Shown: positions 18,320-27,618 of the stretch, piece after piece | Position numbering within the stretch: position 1 is the stretch's first letter | Layout of the letters: each line of letters begins with the position of its first letter | Origin: an uncultured Actinomycetes bacterium | Lineage (GTDB): Bacteria; Actinomycetota; Acidimicrobiia; Acidimicrobiales; Microtrichaceae | DNA length: 63,122 bases | NCBI GenBank assembly: GCA_903868545.1 | Contig: CAIPVR010000306.1 | Location: 1-63,122 of the forward strand | Direction of reading: 5' to 3' | Program-made: the position numbers and the translations under genes | Notes under the pieces: generated by a model | What the model was told of the DNA's origin: nothing | What the model saw: the letters and a program-made list of their open reading frames with translations, nothing else | Database searches by the model: none

Positions 18320-18341
18320 CGATCCCGGTCCGATCCCGGTT
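18320..18341. repeat. 11-bp tandem duplication in the 5' UTR region of the fused ACAD gene
   Basis: CGATCCCGGTC CGATCCCGGTT. Confidence 0.6.
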
Positions 18342-18383
18342 CCATCACGGCCCGGTCCCGGCCCGCCGGTCCGGCGGACCGAT

Positions 18384-18399
18384 CTAACGTCCGTGTCAC
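18384..18399. promoter_or_regulatory. operator-like palindrome, site 6
   Basis: CTAACGTCCGTGTCAC lies upstream of the fused-ACAD operon. Confidence 0.55.
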
Positions 18400-18496
18400 C
18401 CTAGCGGTCGGCCCGCGGCGCCGGAAGCCGGCCACCGCCGTCGCCGGGCCCCTCGCCGCCGCAGCCCGTTGGTCGTCCGCCGCGGGGCGCCCTAAG

Positions 18497-18512
18497 GTGA
18501 CGCCACTGTCAG
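18497..18512. promoter_or_regulatory. operator-like palindrome, site 7
   Basis: GTGACGCCACTGTCAG overlaps the TAAGGT box upstream of the MFE-2-type SDR gene. Confidence 0.55.
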
Positions 18513-18532
18513 AAACCGAGGGGAGTGCGTCG

Positions 18533-19450
18533 ATGGCCGGGTTGTGCGAGGGCAGGGTGGCGATCGTGACCGGAGCGGGTCGCGGCATCGGGCGGGAGCA
18601 CGCCCTGATGCTGGCCGCCGAGGGGGCCGCGGTGGTGGTCAACGACCTCGGCGCCCAGCCCGACGGCAGCGGTGCCGACGCCGGCCCGGCCAACGAGGTG
18701 GTCGCCGAGATCGAGGCGATGGGCGGTGCCGCCGTGGTCAACGGCTCCGACGTGACCGACTTCGCCGAGGCCGAGGCGATGGTCGCCCAGGCCGTGGAGA
18801 CCTTCGGTCGTCTCGACATCCTCGTGAACAACGCCGGGATCCTGCGCGACCGGATGCTGTTCTCCATGGACGAGGCCGACTGGGACGATGTCCTCAACGT
18901 GCACCTCAAGGGCCACTCCTGTCCGACCCGGCACGCGGCCGCCCACTGGCGGGCCCGCGCCAAGGCCGGCGAGGAGGTCGACGCCCGGATCATCAACACC
19001 GCGTCGCCCTCCGGCCTCTACGGCAACGTGGGTCAGGGCAACTACGGCGCCGCCAAGGCGGGCATCGCCAGCCTCACGCTCGTCGCCGCCCTGGAGCTGG
19101 GCCGCATCGGGGTGACGGCCAACTGCCTGGCCCCGACCGCCGTGACCCGCCTCGTGGCACCGCTGATGGGCGGTGAGGAGAACATCCCCGACGACGTGCG
19201 GGAACGGCTCTCACCGCGGTGGGTGGCGACGGTGGCCACGTGGTTGGCCAGCCCTGCGGCCCGTCACGTGACCGGGCGGGTGTTCGACGTGCGGGGCGAC
19301 ACGATCGCCGTGGCCGAGGGCTGGCACCGCGGACCGGAGGGCACCAACCCCGGCCACCCGGCCGGTGCCGGCGAGGTCATCGAGGAGCTGCTGCGCGAGG
19401 CGCGGCCCAACGGCGACCTCGACGGGCGTGACGACCCGGAACGGTTCTGA
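18533..19450 (+). CDS. MFE-2/Hsd4A-type (3R)-hydroxyacyl-CoA dehydrogenase (SDR)
   Basis: TGAGRGIG, VVVNDLG..G....A..VV.EI...GG.AV (a hallmark of the 17beta-HSD4 type), NNAGI and YGAAK. RBS GAGGGGAG. Confidence 0.85.
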   Translation: MAGLCEGRVAIVTGAGRGIGREHALMLAAEGAAVVVNDLGAQPDGSGADAGPANEVVAEIEAMGGAAVVNGSDVTDFAEAEAMVAQAVETFGRLDILVNNAGILRDRMLFSMDEADWDDVLNVHLKGHSCPTRHAAAHWRARAKAGEEVDARIINTASPSGLYGNVGQGNYGAAKAGIASLTLVAALELGRIGVTANCLAPTAVTRLVAPLMGGEENIPDDVRERLSPRWVATVATWLASPAARHVTGRVFDVRGDTIAVAEGWHRGPEGTNPGHPAGAGEVIEELLREARPNGDLDGRDDPERF

Positions 19451-19454
19451 GTCG

Positions 19455-20306
19455 ATGGCGCCGGAGCCCGAGCCCGGGCCGCGGGCGGAGGACCTGTCGG
19501 GGGCCCGGATCCTCCTGACCGGCGCGTCCGCGGGCATCGGGGCGGCGCTCGCCCCGCTGCTCGCCGGCCGGGGTGCCACCCTGGCGCTCTGCGGGCGCGA
19601 CCCCGGCAAGCTCGACGCAGTGGCGGCGCGGTGCCGTGAGCTGGGTGCAGAGGTCACCACCCACGCTGTGGACCTGGCCGACCCGGCGGCCGCCGAGGAG
19701 CTGGCCCGGTCCGTCGAGCGGGCGGGCGGCGGGCTCGACGTGATCGTCAACAACGCGGGTGCCCCGATGCGCCGGCGCGTGCCCGGGCTCACCGTCGACG
19801 AACTCCGGCGCACGATGGCCACGAACTTCGAGTCGCCCGCCCGCATGACCATGGCGGTCCTCCCGGGGATGCTCGCCCGTGACCGCGGGGTGGTGGTGAA
19901 CGTGTCGAGCTTCGGGGGCCGGGCCGCCATCCCGGCCGAGGCCGCCTATTGCGCCTCGAAGTTCGCGCTCTGCGGGTGGAGCGAGTCGTTGGCCATGGAC
20001 CTGTGGCACAGCGGCGTGCGGGTCCACCTGGTGGTGCCGGGGGCCATCGCCACCGACATCTGGGACCGCCCCGGCAACGACCCGGCCCACTTCAGCGGGG
20101 AGCTCGAGCCGCCCGGCACCGTGGCCGGGGCGATCGTCGCCCTCGTGGACGGGACCGACGGCCGCTTCGAGGTGTACGTGCCGGACCTGTCGTCGATCGC
20201 CGAGTTCAAGACCGCGGCGATCGAGGACTTCCTCGCGGGGGCGGTGGCGTTCGCCGATGCGGCCGAGGCCGAGGCGGGCGGCGCCGGGACCGGCGGGACC
20301 GGCTGA
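19455..20306 (+). CDS. short-chain dehydrogenase/reductase
   Basis: TGASAGIG, NNAG and YCASK are present. It starts 4 nt after the previous stop. Confidence 0.8.
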   Translation: MAPEPEPGPRAEDLSGARILLTGASAGIGAALAPLLAGRGATLALCGRDPGKLDAVAARCRELGAEVTTHAVDLADPAAAEELARSVERAGGGLDVIVNNAGAPMRRRVPGLTVDELRRTMATNFESPARMTMAVLPGMLARDRGVVVNVSSFGGRAAIPAEAAYCASKFALCGWSESLAMDLWHSGVRVHLVVPGAIATDIWDRPGNDPAHFSGELEPPGTVAGAIVALVDGTDGRFEVYVPDLSSIAEFKTAAIEDFLAGAVAFADAAEAEAGGAGTGGTG

Positions 20307-20309
20307 CGT

Positions 20310-21173
20310 TCAGCAGCGGTAGATGCGTTCGGCGTTGGCGGCGAAGAGGCGGTCAACGTCGTCGGCATCGAGGTCCGAGGTGACCGCGGCGTAGGCGGAC
20401 CACAACGCGTCGAGCCGCCCGTGCAGGCCGTCGACCGGGAAGTTGCTCGCGAACAGGCACCGCCGGGTGCCGAACGCCTCGATCGCCGGTTCCAGCCAGG
20501 GTCGGAACACCTCGGCGTCGAGGGACCCGAGCGGCATCGCCAGCCCCGACAGCTTGCAGTGCACGTGGTCGCCGGCGGCCGCGAGTGCGGCGATGCCCTC
20601 GCTCCAGAGCGCGCGCTCCTCCTCGTCGGTGGCGCGGGGCCACCCGGTGTGCTCCACCACCACCGTCAGGCCGGGGTGGGCGGCCAGTCGCCGGGCCGCG
20701 TCGACCAGCTGGTCGGGGTGCGCCATCAGCTCGAACACCAGCCCGCGCTCGGCGAGGGCGCGGAGCACGTCGTCGTGGGGGACCGGCGGCCCACCGGGTG
20801 CCATCGGTCGTACCCCCCGGAACCGTGCCGCGGCCATCTGCTCGTCGATCAGGCCGACGGCCTCGGCCACCGACTCCGTGGCCGGCAGGCCACCCACCAC
20901 CGCGGCCGGTCCGTCGCCGGCGTCGGCCCGGCGGTCCAGCTCGAGGGTCTCGGCCACCGAGTGGCGGCCGGTGGCCGCGGCCACGTTGACCAGCTTCACC
21001 ACGTTCCAGTCGCCGGCCTCGGCGGCGTAGGTGGTGGGGTCGAACCGACGGGCCATGCCCGACACGTCGCCCATCCCGAGCTCCCGGCCCCCGCCGAGGT
21101 ACGGGTACCAGTCGGTGCGCGCCGGGTCCCACAGGTGCACGTGGGCGTCGACGATGCGGTCGGGTCGGGTCAC
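20310..21173 (-). CDS. amidohydrolase_2-family metal hydrolase (lactonase-like)
   Basis: IVDAHVHLWD N-terminus and a C-terminal FASNFPVD. The GTG start forms a GTGA overlap with the upstream stop (frame-checked). Confidence 0.8.
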   Translation of the reverse strand: MTRPDRIVDAHVHLWDPARTDWYPYLGGGRELGMGDVSGMARRFDPTTYAAEAGDWNVVKLVNVAAATGRHSVAETLELDRRADAGDGPAAVVGGLPATESVAEAVGLIDEQMAAARFRGVRPMAPGGPPVPHDDVLRALAERGLVFELMAHPDQLVDAARRLAAHPGLTVVVEHTGWPRATDEEERALWSEGIAALAAAGDHVHCKLSGLAMPLGSLDAEVFRPWLEPAIEAFGTRRCLFASNFPVDGLHGRLDALWSAYAAVTSDLDADDVDRLFAANAERIYRC

Positions 21174-22873
21174 GGGTGCAACTCCTCGAGGACGTCGTCG
21201 AACCAGGGCGGGAGCGGGCCGCCGCCGACCACCACGCTGCCCGTGGGCCGGGGGTGGCTGCGGAGCCCCGTCCAGCCGGCGCCGACCGCCAACTCGGCGC
21301 CCGACAGGCCGGTGGCGTCGGGCGCGGTGACGAGTCGTTCCACCAGCGCCGCGGTGGTGGCGTCGTCGGGCGCCTCGGCGGCCACCACGACCGCGACGAG
21401 ACGCTCCTCGGTGGCGGTGCGGGCGGCCCGGGCGAGCTGTGCGAGCGCCTGGGCCCGGCTGCGACCGCCGGGGCCGCGGGCGTCGACGACGTGGACCAGG
21501 CGGAGCGGTGCGCCCCGCTCCGCGACGTGCTCGGTGGCGGCCCGGGCCCATCCGGCGTCGGTGCGGAGCCGATCGGCGAGGCCGGCGTGGCCCGCGAGGA
21601 CGGCCTGCCAGTCGGTGGGGGCGTCGGCCGGGTCGGACGGGGACGACACGACGACCACGGCGTCGGGGCCCCCGGCGAGGGTGGCGGCATCGCGGAGGAC
21701 CGTCCGCGCCCGCTCGAAGCCCGCTCCGTCGGTCCGGGCGCCGACGATCCGCACGTCGAGCCCCGCCGCCCGCAACCGCGCGGCGACGGCGGCCACCGTG
21801 GCGGTGGCGTCAGGGCCGTCGTCCACCACCACTGCGGAGCGGGTCGGTCCGGGTCCCGGCGCGCCGCGCCCGGTGCCCGTCCCGCCGTCGGTGCCGTCGT
21901 CGGTGCTGTCGTCGGTGCCGTCGGCCGGGGCGAACACGGCGCCGAAGCGGGGGTTGGAGCCGCCGGTGGTGGCCTGCGCGGCCTCGGCGGCCACGAGGGC
22001 CGGCAGCACCGCGTCGAGGACCGCGTCGAGCGGCGCGGTGCCGTCGGTGCGCACCGTCTCGAGCAGCCTCGGCGGGGCCACCAACGCCACCTCGGACCCC
22101 CCGGCGAAGAGCACCTGGCCCCGCAGCCGGCCGGGACCGTGTCCCGTGAGGTGCGCACCCAGCGGTGCGAGCTGTTCCGGTTCGGGCATGGACGCGAGCG
22201 ACAGGCCGCCGGTGGCCGCGGCCCGGCCCCCGTTGCCCGCCGCCGGTGCGCGGCGCCCGAGGGCGGCGGTCACCATGCGGGTCATCGCGATCGGTGAGAT
22301 CGCGTTGAGCGCCACCCCGGCGGGCGCGACCCGGCCGAGCTGCCACGTGAGCGAGGCGACGGCCCGCTTGGCGCAGCTGTAGGCGCCGGCATCGGCCGGA
22401 CGCCACCCCGACCCGGAGGTCACGCCGAGCACATGGCCCCGCCCGGCCGCCGCCATGACCGGCAGTGCGGCGCCGAGCATGTTGCAGTAGCCGTCGAGGT
22501 GCACCGCGAGCACCGCGGCCCAGTCCTCCTCGGTGCCCCGGGCGATGCCGGTGGGTCGGGTGATGCCGGCCACGTTGACCAGGCCATCCACGCGCCCGTG
22601 GGTGTCGAGCAGCTCGGCGAACAGGGCGTTCACGGCCTCCCGGTCGGTCACGGAGGTGTTCGAGGCCACCGCACTACCGCCCGCGGCGACGATCCGGCCG
22701 GCGGTCGTGTGCTCGGGCGCGGGAAGTTCCTCGGTGCCGTCCACCGACACCATCGGGTCCACGGTGACCACGTGGTCACCTCGCCGGCCGAGCTCCATGG
22801 CGATCGCGGCACCGATGCCGCTGCCGCCACCGGTGACCACCACCACCCGCCGCTCCGCGGCCGGGGCCGTCAT
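21170..22873 (-). CDS. SDR fused to a ~300-aa C-terminal Rossmann-like domain of unknown function
   Basis: The real part of ORF 21170..24154 starts at MTAPAAERRVVVVTGGGSGIG (ATG 22873, ATGA overlap with the BVMO stop). NVAGI and YSCAK are present. An acidic DGTDDSTDDGTD linker precedes a second alpha/beta-like domain that lacks a glycine-rich motif. Confidence 0.75.
   Translation of the reverse strand: MTAPAAERRVVVVTGGGSGIGAAIAMELGRRGDHVVTVDPMVSVDGTEELPAPEHTTAGRIVAAGGSAVASNTSVTDREAVNALFAELLDTHGRVDGLVNVAGITRPTGIARGTEEDWAAVLAVHLDGYCNMLGAALPVMAAAGRGHVLGVTSGSGWRPADAGAYSCAKRAVASLTWQLGRVAPAGVALNAISPIAMTRMVTAALGRRAPAAGNGGRAAATGGLSLASMPEPEQLAPLGAHLTGHGPGRLRGQVLFAGGSEVALVAPPRLLETVRTDGTAPLDAVLDAVLPALVAAEAAQATTGGSNPRFGAVFAPADGTDDSTDDGTDGGTGTGRGAPGPGPTRSAVVVDDGPDATATVAAVAARLRAAGLDVRIVGARTDGAGFERARTVLRDAATLAGGPDAVVVVSSPSDPADAPTDWQAVLAGHAGLADRLRTDAGWARAATEHVAERGAPLRLVHVVDARGPGGRSRAQALAQLARAARTATEERLVAVVVAAEAPDDATTAALVERLVTAPDATGLSGAELAVGAGWTGLRSHPRPTGSVVVGGGPLPPWFDDVLEELHP
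21887..21922 (-). repeat. 12-bp tandem repeat x3 in the SDR-fusion linker
   Basis: GTCGGTGCCGTC / GTCGGTGCTGTC / GTCGGTGCCGTC on the plus strand. It encodes DGTDDSTDDGTD. Confidence 0.8.
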
Positions 22874-24702
22874 CGCAGCTCGAGCCCGTCGAGGTGGCCG
22901 GCGTCGAGCCAGGCCCGCAGCAGGTCCCGGTAGGCGAAGTAGTCGCCCAGTCCGCGGCCGAAGTTCCCGTTGCGCGGGTTGAGCAGCTCCGGACGGCCCT
23001 CGTTGTTGATCCTCGACGGTGTGCACGCCGCCATGACGGAACTGGCGTCGACGAACGAACCGACGATCCGGTCGGTCCAGTCCTGCTCCGCCTCGGCCGA
23101 CACCTCGAAGACCCGTGCGCCCCGTTCGACGAGCGTGGCGATGGTGCGGCCGACGAACTCCGCACCGAGCACCGCGAGCTGTGTGTAGTTGACCGTGACC
23201 ACGGCCTGCTGGCCGGGTGCGGGCATCGCGAAGAGGTTGGGGCACCCGCGGACCATCATCCCGAAGAGGCTGGCGGCCCCGTCGGCCCACCGTTCCGCCA
23301 GGGTGACCCCGTCCACGCCCACGATCGGGTGGCCGACCCGGCGGTACAGCGGTGTGAGTTCGGCCTCGAAGCCGGTGGCGTAGACGATGCAGTCCACGTC
23401 GTACTGGTGGCCGTCGACCACCGGGCCCCGCGCCGTGATCCGGTCGATGCCGCCGGGGCAGTCCACGAGCGTGACGTTCGGTCGGTTGAACGCCGTCAGG
23501 TACTCGTCGTGGAAGCAGGGCCGCTTGCACAGGTAGCGGTACCAGGGCTTGAGGTGCTCGGCGGTCCCGGGATCGGCCACCAGTTCCTCGACCCGGCGCC
23601 GGTGCGCCTCCATGATCCCGTAGTCGATGGCCTCGGCCCGCCGGAGGTAGTCGGCGAAGCTCTCGTCGGGCGCCTTGCGCGGCGGGTTCTGCACGGCGGC
23701 GTAGTCGTGGGTCCAGCCGTCGTCGGTGAGGTCCTCGTCGACCGGGCGGCCCAGCATGACCGCCTGGAAGTTGTCCATGCGGCGTGCCTGCCACCCGGGC
23801 TCGAGGTGCTCGGCGAAGGAGGGGTCGGTGGACCGGTTGCCCCGCTCGCCGATCGCGGAGGGCGTGCGCTGGAACACCAGCACCTGCCGGGCCGCCTCGG
23901 CGAGCGGCTCGACGCACTGGATCCCCGTCGCACCGGTTCCCAGCACGGCCACGGTCCGGTCGCCGAGCTCCGTCATGGGGCGCCCCGGTCCGCCGCCGGT
24001 GTAGTCGTAGTCCCAGCGGGCGGAGTGGAACGAGTGGCCGGCGAAGTCCTCCATCCCGTCGATGGTCGGCAGCTTGAGCAGGTTCAGGATCCCGGCCGCC
24101 AGCACGTAGTAGCGGCTGGAGATCCGGTCGCCACGGTCGGTCTCGACGAGCCACCGCTGCCGTTCCTCGTCCCAGGTCGCCCGGGTCACGCCGGTGTGGA
24201 ACAGGGCGTCGCGTGCGAGGTCGTGGCGGTCGGCGACGGCCTGGAGGTGGGCGAGGATCTCCTCACCCGACGCGTACCGCCGCGTGGGCACGTAGCCCAT
24301 CTCCTCGAGGAGCGGGAGATAGATGTAGGACTCGACGTCGCACATCACCCCCGGGTACCGGTTCCAGTACCACGTGCCACCCACGCCCCCGGCCCGGTCG
24401 ACGATGCGGAACCGGTCGATGCCCGCCCTGCGCAGCTCGACACCGACGAGCAGGCCGGCGATGCCGCCACCGAGGATCACCACGTCGGTGTCGTCGACGA
24501 CCGGGTCCCGGTCCTGCAACGGGGTGAACGGATCGTCGCGGTAGCGGGCGAAGCGGTCGTCGTGGTCGAGGTCGCGGATGTCGGCGCGGCCCTCCACGAG
24601 GCGCTTGTCGCGCTCGGCGAGGTACCTGGCCCGCACGGCCTCGGGGTCGAACTCGTCCGTCGGCGCCGCTGCGGCGCCCTCCTCTGGTTCCCGGCCCGTC
24701 AC
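22870..24702 (-). CDS. type I Baeyer-Villiger monooxygenase (FAD/NADPH)
   Basis: GGGIAG and GTGATG dinucleotide folds are present. The BVMO fingerprint FAGHSFHSARWD is present. 610 aa. Confidence 0.9.
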   Translation of the reverse strand: MTGREPEEGAAAAPTDEFDPEAVRARYLAERDKRLVEGRADIRDLDHDDRFARYRDDPFTPLQDRDPVVDDTDVVILGGGIAGLLVGVELRRAGIDRFRIVDRAGGVGGTWYWNRYPGVMCDVESYIYLPLLEEMGYVPTRRYASGEEILAHLQAVADRHDLARDALFHTGVTRATWDEERQRWLVETDRGDRISSRYYVLAAGILNLLKLPTIDGMEDFAGHSFHSARWDYDYTGGGPGRPMTELGDRTVAVLGTGATGIQCVEPLAEAARQVLVFQRTPSAIGERGNRSTDPSFAEHLEPGWQARRMDNFQAVMLGRPVDEDLTDDGWTHDYAAVQNPPRKAPDESFADYLRRAEAIDYGIMEAHRRRVEELVADPGTAEHLKPWYRYLCKRPCFHDEYLTAFNRPNVTLVDCPGGIDRITARGPVVDGHQYDVDCIVYATGFEAELTPLYRRVGHPIVGVDGVTLAERWADGAASLFGMMVRGCPNLFAMPAPGQQAVVTVNYTQLAVLGAEFVGRTIATLVERGARVFEVSAEAEQDWTDRIVGSFVDASSVMAACTPSRINNEGRPELLNPRNGNFGRGLGDYFAYRDLLRAWLDAGHLDGLELR

Positions 24703-24705
24703 GCC

Positions 24706-25875
24706 CTACAGCTTCTTGGTCAGGGGGATCCGGTACAAGCGCTCCCAGTTGGTGCCGCAGATCTTCGCCTTCGACGCCTCGGGGATGTCGAGCTCGTCGA
24801 AGGTGTCGACCGCGTGGGGGAACTGGGAGTCACCGTGCGGGTAGTCGGTGGAGAACACGAGGTTGTCGTCGCCGAACCAGTCGAGGAACTGGGTGCCGGT
24901 GCGCTCCTCGGCCTCGATGCTCAGGAAGCACTGGCGGCGGAAGTAGTCCGACGGCTTCATGGAGAGCTCGGCCCCCTCGAACCAGCCCACCCACTCGTGG
25001 TGCTCGTCGAGGCGGTCGAGCACCCACGGCGCCCAGGAGCAGTTCCCCTCGAGCAGGCCCACCCGCAGCTCGGGGAAGCGCTCGAGCACGCCGCCACCAC
25101 AGAGCGACACGGTGGTGAACTGGATCGCCAGCGGCTGGTTGAACGTGTGCCACAGCATCAGTTCGTCGAGCCCGTGCCGGGCGAAGTCGGGGGTCAGCTG
25201 GGTCTGCCCGCCGCCGTGGAAGGTGAGCGCCACACCGAGTCGCTGGACCTCCTCCCACAGCGGGTCGTAGGCCGGGTGGTGCCAGGGGCGGCGGTTGACC
25301 ACGTTGGGGGAGAGGTACACGGCCCGGAAGCCGAGTTCCTCCACGCACCGCCGGGCCTCGAGCACCGCGCCGTCCACGTCGTGGGGTGCCAGCATCGCGG
25401 CGGCGTACAGGCGGTCGGGTGCGGAGGACACGAAGTCGGCGAGCCAGTCGTTGTAGGCCCGGGCGATGGCGGTGGCGAAGGCGGGCTCGAGCCCGTCGGG
25501 GCCCACGTGGTCGCTCGAGTCGAGGCCGAGCACGAACAGGCCACGCGACGGGAAGAGCACCGCCATGTCGAGGCCCTCCTTGTCCATCGCCCGCACCTGC
25601 GAGGCCGGGTCCCAGCCGTTCGCCTCCGCCTCGGCGTAGACCTCCTCGTGCTCGTCACGCCAGCCGGTCTTGCGTCCGTCGATGTACTGCGGGCGCACCG
25701 CCCCCAGGCGGAGCAGCACGTTGTTCTTCACCCGCACCCTCATGTCGCGCTTCAGTTCGGTGAGGCCGACGGGTGCGGCATGGCGGTACTCCGGGGCGAT
25801 GTAGCGCTCCCAGAGGTCCGCCGGTTCCATCACGTGCAGGTCGCTGTCGGCGATCGGGTGGTCCCTCAGTGCCAT
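24706..25875 (-). CDS. amidohydrolase_2-family protein (ACMSD/LigW-like hydrolase or decarboxylase)
   Basis: DSDLHVMEP N-terminus and a C-terminal STDYPHGD. RBS GAGGAG upstream of the ATG. Confidence 0.85.
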   Translation of the reverse strand: MALRDHPIADSDLHVMEPADLWERYIAPEYRHAAPVGLTELKRDMRVRVKNNVLLRLGAVRPQYIDGRKTGWRDEHEEVYAEAEANGWDPASQVRAMDKEGLDMAVLFPSRGLFVLGLDSSDHVGPDGLEPAFATAIARAYNDWLADFVSSAPDRLYAAAMLAPHDVDGAVLEARRCVEELGFRAVYLSPNVVNRRPWHHPAYDPLWEEVQRLGVALTFHGGGQTQLTPDFARHGLDELMLWHTFNQPLAIQFTTVSLCGGGVLERFPELRVGLLEGNCSWAPWVLDRLDEHHEWVGWFEGAELSMKPSDYFRRQCFLSIEAEERTGTQFLDWFGDDNLVFSTDYPHGDSQFPHAVDTFDELDIPEASKAKICGTNWERLYRIPLTKKL

Positions 25876-25944
25876 GGTGACTCCTCTGCGGGTCGTGGCG
25901 TCGGGCCGGGCCCCCGCCGGCCGACGGTGTGTCGTTCCCGTAAT

Positions 25945-25960
25945 CTAACAGACACGTCAT
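25945..25960. promoter_or_regulatory. operator-like palindrome, site 8
   Basis: CTAACAGACACGTCAT lies upstream of the amidohydrolase-BVMO operon. TAGATT overlaps its end on the minus strand. Confidence 0.55.
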
Positions 25961-25977
25961 GTTGGGGCGTCGTCGGG

Positions 25978-26883
25978 TCAGCCCTGCCCCGGCACCGTCC
26001 CCGGCGACGGGCGAGGCCCCGGGACCGACCCGGTCGGGTCGTGCAGTTCGGCGAGCGCCTCGAGGCACTCGAGGTAGTGCGCGAGCGAGTGGTGGGCGAA
26101 CCGCGGGTAGGCGATCGTGGCCCCGCACCCGGCCGTCGCGGCCAGGGCCTCGCGGGTCGGGTCGGGGTCGCCGAGCGGGTCGAGGGTGGCGACGGTCGGG
26201 AGGACCACGTCGAAGTCGGCGGGTGGCTCCACCCGGTCGAGCCAGGTGCGCACCTGCTCGCCGGTGACCGCGAACGGGTTCCATCCGTCGGCCAGCGCCA
26301 CCGCCCGCCGCAGCGAGCGCAGGGTGCGGCCCCCGACCCAGATCGGTACCCGGTCCTGCACGGCGGTGGGATCGATGACGAGACCCTCGAATCGCAGGTG
26401 TTCCCCCCGGAAGGACGGCTCGGGCTCGGACATGGCGGCGCGGAGCGCCCGGAGCGCCTCGTCCGCGCGGGGCCCGCGGTCGTCGAAGGGGGCGCCGAGC
26501 AGGTCGAACTCCTCGCGCAGGCTCCCGACGCCGACACCCAGCACGAGCCGGCCCCCGCTGACGACGTCGAGCGTGCCGTAGCGCTTCGCGATCGCGAGCG
26601 GGTGGTGGTACCCGAGCACGAGCACGTGGGTGGCGAGCCGGATGCGGGTGGTGCGCGCCGCCACGTAGCCGAAGGTGGGCAGCGGGTCCCAGTACCGGGC
26701 CCCGCGCCGGCCGACCTCGGCGGCGGGGATCCCGACGTGCTCGCTGCAGGTGAGGTGGTGGTAGCCGAGGCGGTCCGCCGTCACGGCCACGGCGGCGAGG
26801 TCGTCGATCGTGGCGTCGCGTTCCCATTCGCCGTGGGTCGCGGGGTGGAACGTCACCACCGGTGAGAGCACGGCGAGCTTCAC
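25978..26883 (-). CDS. luciferase-like (LLM-class, probably F420-dependent) oxidoreductase
   Basis: The real part of ORF 25978..27468 starts at VKLAVLSP (GTG 26883, GTGA overlap). GGRLVLGVGVG is present and LRFEGLVIDP is typical of the family. Confidence 0.8.
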   Translation of the reverse strand: MKLAVLSPVVTFHPATHGEWERDATIDDLAAVAVTADRLGYHHLTCSEHVGIPAAEVGRRGARYWDPLPTFGYVAARTTRIRLATHVLVLGYHHPLAIAKRYGTLDVVSGGRLVLGVGVGSLREEFDLLGAPFDDRGPRADEALRALRAAMSEPEPSFRGEHLRFEGLVIDPTAVQDRVPIWVGGRTLRSLRRAVALADGWNPFAVTGEQVRTWLDRVEPPADFDVVLPTVATLDPLGDPDPTREALAATAGCGATIAYPRFAHHSLAHYLECLEALAELHDPTGSVPGPRPSPGTVPGQG

Positions 26884-27605
26884 GGCCACACCTCCCAGCT
26901 GACCATCGATCGGAGCGGTCCCGCGAACAGCGGCCGCACCGCACCGGTGCCCCAGCGCTCCTCGAGGAGCCCGGTGGCGCGGCCGGTGGTCGCCGCCGGG
27001 TCGTCGTCGAGGTACACGACCGTGACGACGGCGTCGTCGCGGTCGACCCGGTCCGGGAGCCGCCACAGGTCGTTGCTGCGGTAGAGGCCCGCGCCGGCCA
27101 CCCCGTCCACCTCGAGCAGGGCGGGCAGGTGCTCCCGGTGGAGCCATTGGAGCCAGGACGCGATGCCGTCGCCGGGTTCCTCGACCAGGAACAGCACCCC
27201 CCGGTGGGGTCGGAACGCAACCACCTCCGGGGCCACCAGGGCGCTCGGCGCGGCGTACCAGCGGAGATGGGCCAGCATCCGCACCCCCAGCGAGGGGCGC
27301 CGCTCGGGGAAGCGGCCGAGTCCGGCGAGGCGGCGACCGAGCTGCATGAACTCGGCGAAGGTCGGTTCCACCGGGTCCGTCACGTAGTACTGCACCAGGT
27401 TGGCGGTGTCGCCGAGCGGCCCGTCGCCGACGATCCGTGCCCGGCGGAGCCCGTCGTCCGCGATCCACCGGTGGGCGAGCACCACCCCGGGGATCCCGTA
27501 CTGCTCCGGCATGTGGTCGAGCAGGTGCCAGCGCAGGTAGCCGCCGTCGTCGTCGGCCGGTGCGGGGGGAGTCAGGCTGAAGATGCCGGCGCGGACGGGC
27601 TGCAC
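26880..27605 (-). CDS. hypothetical protein with internal tandem duplication (two alpha+beta-barrel-like halves)
   Basis: Composition is realistic and the gene is translationally coupled within the operon. YLRWHLLDHMPEQYGIPGVV (N-terminal half) echoes WLQWLHREHLPALLEVDGVAG (C-terminal half). Confidence 0.6.
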   Translation of the reverse strand: MQPVRAGIFSLTPPAPADDDGGYLRWHLLDHMPEQYGIPGVVLAHRWIADDGLRRARIVGDGPLGDTANLVQYYVTDPVEPTFAEFMQLGRRLAGLGRFPERRPSLGVRMLAHLRWYAAPSALVAPEVVAFRPHRGVLFLVEEPGDGIASWLQWLHREHLPALLEVDGVAGAGLYRSNDLWRLPDRVDRDDAVVTVVYLDDDPAATTGRATGLLEERWGTGAVRPLFAGPLRSMVSWEVWP

Positions 27606-27618
27606 GCTGCGGCCGCCC

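Noticed and set aside
22894-26865. Very long ORFs such as 22894..26865 (+, 1323 aa), 56201..59935 (+, 1244 aa), 21170..24154 upstream part, 6698..8080, 35813..37651 and 47812..50259.
   Set aside because: Their translations are dominated by Arg/Pro/Gly/Ala/His runs with no recognisable motifs. They lie antisense or out of frame to genes with clear family signatures. This is the classic open-frame artefact of very high GC content.
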